From: Candidatus Hermodarchaeota archaeon
Lineage (GTDB): Archaea; Asgardarchaeota; Lokiarchaeia; Sigyniarchaeales; SOKP01
Assembly: GCA_048885925.1 (NCBI GenBank)
Contig: JBHLLG010000056.1
Span: 1 to 18,281, forward strand
DNA length: 18,281 nucleotides
Reading direction: 5' to 3'
The notes under the pieces are model-generated. The model saw only the letters and a list, made by a program, of their open reading frames with translations, ran no database searches and was not told where the DNA came from. The position numbers were made by a program, and so were the translations under genes. This document shows, one piece after another, positions 9,374 through 17,141 of the stretch. Every line of letters starts with the position of its first letter. The stretch's first letter is position 1.

Positions 9374-9835
9374 TTAATTGAAGAAGAATATAATTAAGTG
9401 TTTAACGTATTTTGTAATCAAGGTATAAGTCTCTTTATCTAAAGATCCATTAAAAGTATTAATTTTCAAGACTAATGGTTTAGAAAAGATAGATTCAGCA
9501 GGGAAATATTTAGACATTGTTTTTACCCCAGTATCATTAATATCTAGATTACCTGGTACAATATAATAAGTAGCAACTTTTTTAATGGAAATATTATTAA
9601 ATTTTAAAAGTATATAAAATTCTTCAATCCACTTAGTAATAGGATTCAGAGAATTTTTTCGAATAAATTCACCAAAAATTATAAAATCAGGTTTTTCATC
9701 TATTACTAAGGAAGGTTTGACAATTTCAGCATTTCCTACGGATACATTAAAATATTCTTCTAATTGAGACTCAAATATCTCACTAATCATTTTTGAATAA
9801 CCAAAAGTATTGCTATAAATAATCCATAGATTCAT
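9374..9835 (-). CDS. Divergent flavodoxin-fold protein
   Basis: IIYSNTFGYSKMISE resembles the flavodoxin phosphate-binding loop, followed by DFIIFG and KKVATY. GAGGT RBS; starts 27 nt downstream of the wHTH gene. Confidence 0.72.
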   Translation of the reverse strand: MNLWIIYSNTFGYSKMISEIFESQLEEYFNVSVGNAEIVKPSLVIDEKPDFIIFGEFIRKNSLNPITKWIEEFYILLKFNNISIKKVATYYIVPGNLDINDTGVKTMSKYFPAESIFSKPLVLKINTFNGSLDKETYTLITKYVKHLIIFFFN

Positions 9836-9862
9836 TAGTTATTACCTCATAACCTTTTAATT

Positions 9863-10750
9863 TTAATTTAAGAGATAATTAGATAATTCACTAATCTTAT
9901 CATTTCCTGCAGTCTGCCCATAGTTTTCTAAGATTGGGATATTAACTGTGAATTTTTGTTTTCTTAATCCCTCGATTTTTATAGCTATTAAATTTGCTTT
10001 TTGCAGTTTTTTAAGGTGATATTGAATGGCGTTGGGAAACAATTGAAGATTTCTGCTTATTTGTTTAATGGAAATTTGTGAATTCTTTAAAATTTCTATA
10101 AGAATTTTACACACTAATGGGTTTAAGAATAAAGTACTAAGCCGTTCAAAAATCTCAGGGAATTCTATTGAAAAGAAATGTAATCTCTTCCCAAACTTGG
10201 TTGAGCGGATTAACCCAAAGTTTTCCAAGGTTATAATGTATTTTAGAAAGGTCGTTCGTGTTATATTTAATTCTGTTTCTATTTTGTTATCACTAGCATG
10301 AATTCCAGGATTCTTTCTTATAAAATTAAGAATAGCTCTGTATTTCTCATTATTAAGTATTTCTTCTTTAGTCCTACGTTGATTAGAAATAATCCAGTTT
10401 TTATTTTCTAAATTTTGAATCGCAAAGAAGATTTCCTCTTTTGAATAATCATGGCTATAACTTAATTTTGCAATACATTTTGAATATAATTTTTCTAAGA
10501 TTGGATATCTTTGAATTTGAGATTTTGAATTCACCTTAAATTTAGCAGAATATCGCTTTAATTTTAATATCTCTTCAGCAATTTTTAATACTTCAAATTC
10601 AATTTGAGATAAATTTTCAGTTGAATCTTCTTTATCTGTTAGATTGCGGTTAACAGAATTATTCTTCGCAATTACTCTTGAAGATTTCTTAATTAGAGGA
10701 TTAAATAGATTCCTATCTGCATAAAATACTAAAGTTTCTTCTTCAATCAT
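9863..10750 (-). CDS. Multi winged-helix (ArsR/MarR-like) transcription regulator
   Basis: ILNFIRKNPGIH...YIITLENFGLIRS and ISIKQISRNL...AIQYHLKKLQKANLI. GGAGG RBS. Confidence 0.8.
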   Translation of the reverse strand: MIEEETLVFYADRNLFNPLIKKSSRVIAKNNSVNRNLTDKEDSTENLSQIEFEVLKIAEEILKLKRYSAKFKVNSKSQIQRYPILEKLYSKCIAKLSYSHDYSKEEIFFAIQNLENKNWIISNQRRTKEEILNNEKYRAILNFIRKNPGIHASDNKIETELNITRTTFLKYIITLENFGLIRSTKFGKRLHFFSIEFPEIFERLSTLFLNPLVCKILIEILKNSQISIKQISRNLQLFPNAIQYHLKKLQKANLIAIKIEGLRKQKFTVNIPILENYGQTAGNDKISELSNYLLN

Positions 10751-11012
10751 TATTTAAAATCCCTCCAGTGATAGTTGGCTTTTTATTTTAAATGAAATTA
10801 AATTTAGAGTATTTTACTAACTCCTAAAGTTCTGTTTTAATATTAAAATTCTAATTCTTCCTAAGAATATAATATTGGAGGTAGGTTTTAAGAATATGTT
10901 TAGAAGATAACAGAATAAAGAGAAAAAATTTTAGGAATTTTTCCGATTTATTTCCTAGATGTGATAAAAGTTAGAATTGTAACAACCGATATTTTTCCAT
11001 CTCATTAAAAAT

Positions 11013-11885
11013 TTAGAGATGATCTAGCCAACATTTGAAATAATAACATTTGTGAATAATTCGGGGAATCATGTCAATAAGTCCAATATCTTTTAAAATA
11101 TTTTCAAAATATTGTATCTGGTTAAGAGTTTTTACTAAAATATGAACTGAAAGGAATAGAGGATTATTATTATAGGTTCGTACATATAATAAGTGTTGAG
11201 ATATAGTTTGGATTATTTTACTAATAACATCTTTCATGTCTGTGCTATTAGGAATATATGAATGGAAGATGGCAACAATATCATTCTCTTGACTAGGTTC
11301 AAATTCAATTGTGAAGGATACTAAATTGTTGGTTATCATATCATTAATATGTTTACTAACCGTTTTACTTGATAACCCCGTCTCATCTGCTACTTCTGAG
11401 ACCGATTTTCGTGAATCCCTATTTAAAGATTTAATAATTTGATAATCTATTTTTGAAAGGGTCCCAGTTACCTTTTGGTAGGGATAGTTATAAATTACAA
11501 TAAAAGGATCTTCAATTTTACATATCTCTGTTAGATTTTGTGTTACATTATGCATTTCTGAAATACTCCTGAGTACAGCGGTAATATATACATAATTCCC
11601 CGTAGAAATCCCAAAAAGAATCGTATAAGGATTCTCTCCAAAAATCTCGATTACTCTGTCATAGGATTTCAGCTTTGAAATACCCCCAATATTAATGACA
11701 ATTGCATTTAAAGCACTAAAACTTGGTCGAGCGATAAATGTCTTAATATCTCCCTTCTCTACTAAGTACTGAACTCGTTTATGAACTGCTCCAACAGATA
11801 ATCCAATCTCTTCTGCCAAATCGCGATAAGCAATTCGAGAATTAATTAGTAATTTTTTAATTATTTGTAAATCAATCTCATCCAT
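11013..11885 (-). CDS. Double-domain Lrp/AsnC regulator (clade 2)
   Basis: MDEIDLQII start at ATG 11885 matches the paralogues; two wHTHs; same length (873 bp) as 12070..12942. Confidence 0.92.
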   Translation of the reverse strand: MDEIDLQIIKKLLINSRIAYRDLAEEIGLSVGAVHKRVQYLVEKGDIKTFIARPSFSALNAIVINIGGISKLKSYDRVIEIFGENPYTILFGISTGNYVYITAVLRSISEMHNVTQNLTEICKIEDPFIVIYNYPYQKVTGTLSKIDYQIIKSLNRDSRKSVSEVADETGLSSKTVSKHINDMITNNLVSFTIEFEPSQENDIVAIFHSYIPNSTDMKDVISKIIQTISQHLLYVRTYNNNPLFLSVHILVKTLNQIQYFENILKDIGLIDMIPRIIHKCYYFKCWLDHL

Positions 11886-12069
11886 TGTGGTTCGCAATAA
11901 TTAAACACGTTAAAAATAAAAAAATTTCGTAAATTATATACAATTTTATAAAAAAACTTAAAGAAAATTCGGGAATTTTTTAGTAAAGCAAGTAAATTTA
12001 ATGATCGATATAATTCATAGAAAAGTACTAAATTAATACTGATTGATAGATCTAACTATAATTTAAAAT

Positions 12070-12942
12070 TTAGAATTCATCTAACCAACTTTTAAAATAA
12101 TATCCATTATAAACAATTCTTGGAACTATATCTTTTAGTCCAATATCTTTTAAAATTTCCTCAAAGTGTGTAATATTATTAAGGGTATTGACTGAAACAT
12201 GAATTGTTAGCATTAGTGGGAAATTGCTATATGTTCTAATATAAAGTAAATTCTTAGGGATATGTAGGTGTATTTTATTAATTATGTCTTTCATATTATT
12301 GTTATTTAAAATGTTAGCATGAAAAACAGTAATAATATCATTTTCATAGATCGGTTGAAACTCTATAGTAAATGTTATTAAGTTATTCGTTATCATATTA
12401 TTGATATGCTTACTTACTGTTTTACTCGACAATCCTGTCTCATCAGCCACCTCCGAAACGGTTTTTCGTGAATTCCTGTTTAGAGATTTAATAATTTGAT
12501 AATCTATTTTTGAAAGGGTCCCAATTACCTTTTGGTATTGATAATTATTTATTAAAATTAAGGGATCGTTTATTTTACATATATTTGAGAGATTATGGGC
12601 AATATTAGCCATATCTGAAATATTTTTCAATACTGTTATAAGATACAAATAATTTCCACTCGATATAGCTAAAAAATTTGCATAAGGATCTTCTTCTAAT
12701 TTATCAAGAATTCCCTCAAATGACTGTAATTTAGAAGTTCCAAATATGTATACAGGGATAGCATTAAAAAAGCTATAACTTGGATGAGCTATAAAATTTA
12801 TAATAACATTATTATCTACTAAATTTTGAACTCGTTTATGAACAGCACCTACAGATAATCCAATTTTTTCTGCTAATTCTCGGTAGGGAATACGTGAATT
12901 AATAAGGAATATCCTTATTATCTGTAGATCGATCTCATCCAT
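12070..12942 (-). CDS. Double-domain Lrp/AsnC regulator (clade 2), tandem duplicate
   Basis: Colinear with 11013..11885 (offset 1057 bp); the HTH segments are nearly identical. Confidence 0.92.
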   Translation of the reverse strand: MDEIDLQIIRIFLINSRIPYRELAEKIGLSVGAVHKRVQNLVDNNVIINFIAHPSYSFFNAIPVYIFGTSKLQSFEGILDKLEEDPYANFLAISSGNYLYLITVLKNISDMANIAHNLSNICKINDPLILINNYQYQKVIGTLSKIDYQIIKSLNRNSRKTVSEVADETGLSSKTVSKHINNMITNNLITFTIEFQPIYENDIITVFHANILNNNNMKDIINKIHLHIPKNLLYIRTYSNFPLMLTIHVSVNTLNNITHFEEILKDIGLKDIVPRIVYNGYYFKSWLDEF

Positions 12943-13159
12943 AGAATCCCAAAGTCCTTAAAATATTTCAAAAGGTAAAAATATTTCTAAAATTGAAGTT
13001 TAAAAAATTTTAAAAAGATAAGGTGAATTTTGGAATTTTCATTAGAGGTGAATACATAAAATAATGAAAATAGAGGAAAAAAAATTTTTTTTAACAGTAT
13101 TTTCTCGTTTATTTTGAAATAGTCAATGGTTTGATAGAGTTATTATTATTAAAGATATT

Positions 13160-13738
13160 TTATGATGACAGTAATATTTCTAAAAAACTTTCTGCGAATG
13201 CTCTGATTTTGTTCCAATCCCGAAAATCATTATTTTGTCCTTTTTTGATGTTAGGAAGGGTATTACTCATTAGTTTTCCTATTTTTATATCAAATTTACT
13301 CATCCTGGATTCTTCACTGAGATCTAAAACCCCTCCAAACACATCATAACATTGCGTTTTGAGTGAGTGTTTTTTCAGTTTATCTTCAATGAGGCTTTTT
13401 TTTAATTCAGGGATTTTGGTAGGATCACTAGCGGTTCCACAAAGCGTAAATATTGCGAGGGGTTGGTTTCCTTGTTTTAATCTTTTTGAAAAGCCTTTCA
13501 AAAATTGTTTGGCCCCTTTCGTCCAATTGCTGCAATTGTAAATAGCAGTCCCTAAAATAATACCATCATAAGAATCTAAATTAAATTTTTTATCATTAAT
13601 TATATCTTCTAGATTGTACACATTGGCATCAATCCCCGATTCTTTTAAAAGTTCTCCGATTTTTACGGCTACTTCTTCTGTACTTCCGTAACACGTACCA
13701 TACAAGATAACAACTTTTTTAGTTATTTTGCTACTCAT
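13160..13738 (-). CDS. Flavodoxin-domain protein (HemG/Flavodoxin_5-like)
   Basis: YGTCYGSTEEVA FMN loop, YDGIILGTAIY, VFGG and DFRDWNKIRAFA. Confidence 0.9.
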   Translation of the reverse strand: MSSKITKKVVILYGTCYGSTEEVAVKIGELLKESGIDANVYNLEDIINDKKFNLDSYDGIILGTAIYNCSNWTKGAKQFLKGFSKRLKQGNQPLAIFTLCGTASDPTKIPELKKSLIEDKLKKHSLKTQCYDVFGGVLDLSEESRMSKFDIKIGKLMSNTLPNIKKGQNNDFRDWNKIRAFAESFLEILLSS

Positions 13739-13778
13739 TTTTTAATCACATCATTTCTATTTCTTTTAATTAAATGCC

Positions 13779-13846
13779 TTGATTTATAAATAGAAAAAAG
13801 AAGTATTAAGAAATTTGGAAACAGTTTGTTGTTATGATAGTTAGTA
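13779..13846 (-). promoter_or_regulatory. Duplicated 68-bp promoter/operator, copy 1
   Basis: 61/68 identical to 14397-14464. Contains an ACA-N6-TGT dyad and CTTAATA (13804-13810, minus strand). Confidence 0.8.
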
Positions 13847-13913
13847 GCTAATGTGATTTAAAAAGCAAAAAAATTCTTGAATCCATTAAATATTAAGGGA
13901 AAAAAAAGATTTT

Positions 13914-14360
13914 TTATTTTTTCATAAAAAGCTCCTTTCCAGCAATTACCAACGCAAATGCAGTGATAACGGTTAGCATTATGTACGCCATATATGGAAT
14001 GTTGAAATTAAGTACTGGAAAGGTTAGAATAAGCTCCATGATAAGAGGGATGATAGTGCCGATCATTAAAAATATAAAAGCTTGTTTCGAAGATTTCCAG
14101 AAAGTCGAGTATATTGCATATAGAACGAAGACTTCCACAATTATAAAAGCAATTCCCATCATCCGGATGTATAGTGAAATCAAATACGCTAGATGAGGAT
14201 AATTACTGCCTAATTGTGCCCATGTTAGCTCGCTATACGCGAGATCATCTAAAATCAATGTCCCAATCACAAAGTATGTTGAGTAAACGATGATATGTAT
14301 CCCTGCCGCAAAGATCAAAAAGAAAATAGCAATTCTTCTTAAAATAATGGATCGATTCAT
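13914..14360 (-). CDS. Four-TM membrane protein of unknown function
   Basis: 148-aa hydrophobic ORF with an AGGTGG RBS and its own promoter copy. Confidence 0.8.
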   Translation of the reverse strand: MNRSIILRRIAIFFLIFAAGIHIIVYSTYFVIGTLILDDLAYSELTWAQLGSNYPHLAYLISLYIRMMGIAFIIVEVFVLYAIYSTFWKSSKQAFIFLMIGTIIPLIMELILTFPVLNFNIPYMAYIMLTVITAFALVIAGKELFMKK

Positions 14361-14396
14361 AAATTAACCACCTTTTTTAGTTTTGTTTTGAATAGT

Positions 14397-14464
14397 TTGA
14401 TTTATAATTAGAAAAAAGAAATAATAAGAAATTTGGTGACAGTTTATTGTTATGATAATTAGTA
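14397..14464 (-). promoter_or_regulatory. Duplicated 68-bp promoter/operator, copy 2
   Basis: Matches copy 1. Dyad gtgaca-gtttat-tgttat and CTTATTA (14422-14428, minus strand). Confidence 0.8.
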
Positions 14465-14560
14465 CAGGGTACTTTTTAAAAAATAAAATAACAATATGGC
14501 TAATTATTCTAGTTATGTTCTTTAGATTTAGATAAAAAAAATAAAAAAAATGATTTATTA

Positions 14561-14613
14561 TTGAAGCTTATCCTTCATTTCCATATAGAAATCCCGCTAT
14601 TCTGGGTTTTTGA
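14561..14613 (-). repeat. Direct repeat R3 (KNPE*RDFYMEMKDKLQ*)
   Basis: 48/53 identical to R2; in frame with the zinc-ribbon ORF. Confidence 0.9.
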
Positions 14614-14782
14614 TTTCTCTAAATAATTTTATTAATTCTATAAAATTAGGATTAAATTCCCCCTTATGATATATAAGTTCACATTCTTCGCAATATCCAA
14701 AAAGTTTATCCGTTTCTAAGTCATAAATTACGGGAAATATTCTATTACCACATTTTATACAGATTAATTCTTGAATCTTCAA
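14597..14782 (-). CDS. Small zinc-ribbon protein (possibly truncated by a premature TAG)
   Basis: CIKC...CEEC pairs; GAGGA directly upstream of the TTG start. The frame stays open 12 codons past the TAG to a TAA at 14558-14560. Confidence 0.6.
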   Translation of the reverse strand: MKIQELICIKCGNRIFPVIYDLETDKLFGYCEECELIYHKGEFNPNFIELIKLFREIKNPE

Positions 14783-14903
14783 TCCTCTTCTACTTTTACT
14801 TGTTTTTAAATCTATTTTCTGCAGTTTTTTCCACCTTTTTTATAATAAAAAACTATTTCAGGGGTTATTAAAAAAACTATATAATCCCCTTTTTGATTAA
14901 ATT

Positions 14904-15218
14904 TTAAGTATTCCACTTCCAAGCTTGCAAAAGTATCAATACCAGTAATAACCCTTCTATGGCTCCGTATAATATATAGTACACTGGATTGTTTCCTGTG
15001 AAAAAGGTCGTTAATAGTATAATAGATAAAACTATTCCTATGATGATATTTGTCGGACGATTTACTTTAGCTTTTAGAGTAAGAGACAAGAACACCATTA
15101 GACTCGGAATTGCCATTAATATTGCACTTGATAATAAAAATGCGGAGGTTATTTGGATCCCTGCTATCTCTCTTGTTATTAATTCACTTAAATGCCCCGG
15201 CTCATAAAAATCATCATT
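14904..15218 (-). pseudogene. 5'-truncated DUF6326-like gene
   Basis: The frame is open upstream of the track's ATG: FYEPGHLSELITREIAGIQITSAFLLSSAILMAIPSLMVFLSLTLKAKVNR...AWKW. It has no start codon or first TM helix before the in-frame TAA at 15219-15221. Confidence 0.8.
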
Positions 15219-15263
15219 TTATTGTTTATGCAACAAAGCCTCTGCTTTTCTTACTTATTGATA

Positions 15264-15962
15264 TTATTGGCTTAAGGATGCCAAGACCTCTTGATTGAAA
15301 CCCTTGACTATCAGCCAGACTCCTATTGCTATTTCGAAGAAGAGGGTAGGAAGCTCTAGGAACAAGGAGATATCGTGGATTCCAAAGAATCCAAGGAATG
15401 CACTTACAAATCCCAATAGAGTGACAATGACTCCAAACATTCCAAGCCACTTAGGAACCAATCTAGTTCTGAAGAAGATGTAGCAATACATGAAAGCTCC
15501 ACCATTAAACGCAAACGTCGCAAGAATCCCTGTCATCTCATTCATACTGAGAAAGGTGTGGGCTAAAATCTGATAAGTCGTATCAACAGGAGATCCAGCA
15601 GCAACATATGCGTTGCTTACAATAAGCACTGCAATAAACAATAGGGAAGCAACACCAAAGAGAACGGTCTCTATCAGACGAAAACCTATAGCAGACAGAG
15701 CCATTGACTCATTATACTTCTTGAGAACTGGATACAGAAATATCGCAATGTTGGCAGTGAAGAGAGCCATAGATAAGAATAGTAGTGAACCAATTAGAAC
15801 ACCGGTCTCATTCTGAGAGAATAATGCTACATTTGTCTCCACTTGTTGATAATCGCCTAGAAAGACGAGGCTCAATATTCCCGCTACTATTGCTAGTAGC
15901 CACATTAATCCTGCAACTTGTGCATTAAGTTTGTATGATACATTTATTTTTATATCTTCCAT
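15264..15962 (-). CDS. DUF4386-like membrane protein with a DUF6326-like N-terminal octapeptide
   Basis: Motifs LYPVLKKYNESMAL..IGFRLIE, FFRTRLVPKWLGMFG and FFEIAIGVWLIVKGFN. GGTGAT RBS; GC higher than the flanks. Confidence 0.9.
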   Translation of the reverse strand: MEDIKINVSYKLNAQVAGLMWLLAIVAGILSLVFLGDYQQVETNVALFSQNETGVLIGSLLFLSMALFTANIAIFLYPVLKKYNESMALSAIGFRLIETVLFGVASLLFIAVLIVSNAYVAAGSPVDTTYQILAHTFLSMNEMTGILATFAFNGGAFMYCYIFFRTRLVPKWLGMFGVIVTLLGFVSAFLGFFGIHDISLFLELPTLFFEIAIGVWLIVKGFNQEVLASLSQ

Positions 15963-16009
15963 TTTTCAATCACCATCTTTTCAGTTATTTTGTTTTTATT
16001 TTTAATTTT

Positions 16010-16235
16010 TAATAGAGATTGGGGCTCTAATAAGAGCAAGTTCACCGATAAGGAAAAAAATTAGCAGTGAGAGCTTATAGTTATTAAAGTTAAGGAATGT
16101 TAATTTTCCATTGAAATTAATAACATAAAATAAAAGATAAATTGGAAAAACCAATAAAATTCATATTTTTCCTCTCAATTGAATAAATTTTGGAATTGAA
16201 AGTACCAAAATTTTTTCCAATTAGTTGAAATTTTA
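16010..16235 (-). promoter_or_regulatory. Conserved control element, copy C
   Basis: Minus-strand sites ttcaactaattggaa (16229-16215), ttcaattgagaggaa (16183-16169) and ttccttatcggtgaa (16055-16041), followed by gctct-tatt-agagc (16037-16024). Confidence 0.8.
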
Positions 16236-16254
16236 GGATTAAGAAATCAATAGC

Positions 16255-17130
16255 CTAATTAGTCCGAACTAATTGATCTACCCAACACACATACCATTGT
16301 GCAGATAATAAGATATGGGGTATAATATTTTTAAAACCCTCTGATTCCAGTTCTTCTTGAATTTTATGAGATTCTTGTGCGTCTTTTGTACACAGATGGA
16401 GCGTAAAAAAGTTAGGAATATTGCTAAATGAGAGATAACGTACTAAATTGTGAGAATATCTATCGGATATCTTCTGAACTGTAGAACCTAAATCCATACC
16501 TTTGTTTATATAAATGTGAAAAATAGTTATAAAACTCCTTTCATAGACAGGACTCCACTCAATTGAAAATGCAATTAAATTGTTTTCAACCATGTGATTT
16601 AATCTCCTAACAACAGTTTTTGCTGATAAACCTAAATCATCTGCAACTTCGGCTATAGGTTTCCGAGCATCCCTATTCAACACTTTAATTATTCTATAGT
16701 CTATAATGGTAAGTGGTTCTGGAGTTGTTAAATAAGGGACGCTTATAATTCCAATGGTAGGATCACTAATATGGCTGATTTCTGATACATAATTACCAAA
16801 CTCTTGTAATTCCGATATATTTCTCAATAAAGCTGTGACATACATAAATTTCGCACCTGCAGAACCAACAAATCTCACACTCTCATGTTGGCCAATTTCT
16901 TTACTGGTTAATTCTAAAGATTTTACATTGGATGTGCCAAAGACCATAACCCATAAACTTTTTAAAGCAATTACACTTGGCCTTGCAGTATATGCAGTAA
17001 TTATTCCATCATCTTCAAGCTTTTTTATACGTTTATGGATCGCACTAATGGACATACTGCAGATATCCGCTAATTCTCTAAAAGTCAAGCGACAGTTTTT
17101 CAATAAATTTCTAATAATAAGAAGATCAAT
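16255..17130 (-). CDS. Double-domain Lrp/AsnC regulator (clade 1) lacking the normal start; possible pseudogene
   Basis: Homology extends to IDLLIIRNLLKNCR (17130), but MDE is replaced by NKK with TAA at 17143-17145. The first usable start, TTG 17103, removes helix 1. Confidence 0.8.
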   Translation of the reverse strand: MDLLIIRNLLKNCRLTFRELADICSMSISAIHKRIKKLEDDGIITAYTARPSVIALKSLWVMVFGTSNVKSLELTSKEIGQHESVRFVGSAGAKFMYVTALLRNISELQEFGNYVSEISHISDPTIGIISVPYLTTPEPLTIIDYRIIKVLNRDARKPIAEVADDLGLSAKTVVRRLNHMVENNLIAFSIEWSPVYERSFITIFHIYINKGMDLGSTVQKISDRYSHNLVRYLSFSNIPNFFTLHLCTKDAQESHKIQEELESEGFKNIIPHILLSAQWYVCWVDQLVRTN

Positions 17131-17141
17131 TTTTTTATTTG

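Noticed and set aside
11886-11897. TTG 11897 start (MRTT extension)
   Set aside because: The intact paralogues begin MDEID, which corresponds to ATG 11885.
3327-13738. Gene symbols queG, mmuM/metH, pdhC, hemG
   Set aside because: Only family-level similarity is evident; domain content and context do not support orthology.
8312-14613. Repeat R as a CRISPR repeat, integron attC or SECIS element
   Set aside because: Spacing is kilobases and irregular. I see no RYYYAAC/GTTRRRY ends or long hairpin, no SECIS-length stem and no in-frame UGA candidate upstream. The substitution pattern looks protein-coding.
14860-14894. aggggttat...ataatcccct hairpin
   Set aside because: Single imperfect copy; probably an ordinary terminator or operator, with nothing further to support a call.
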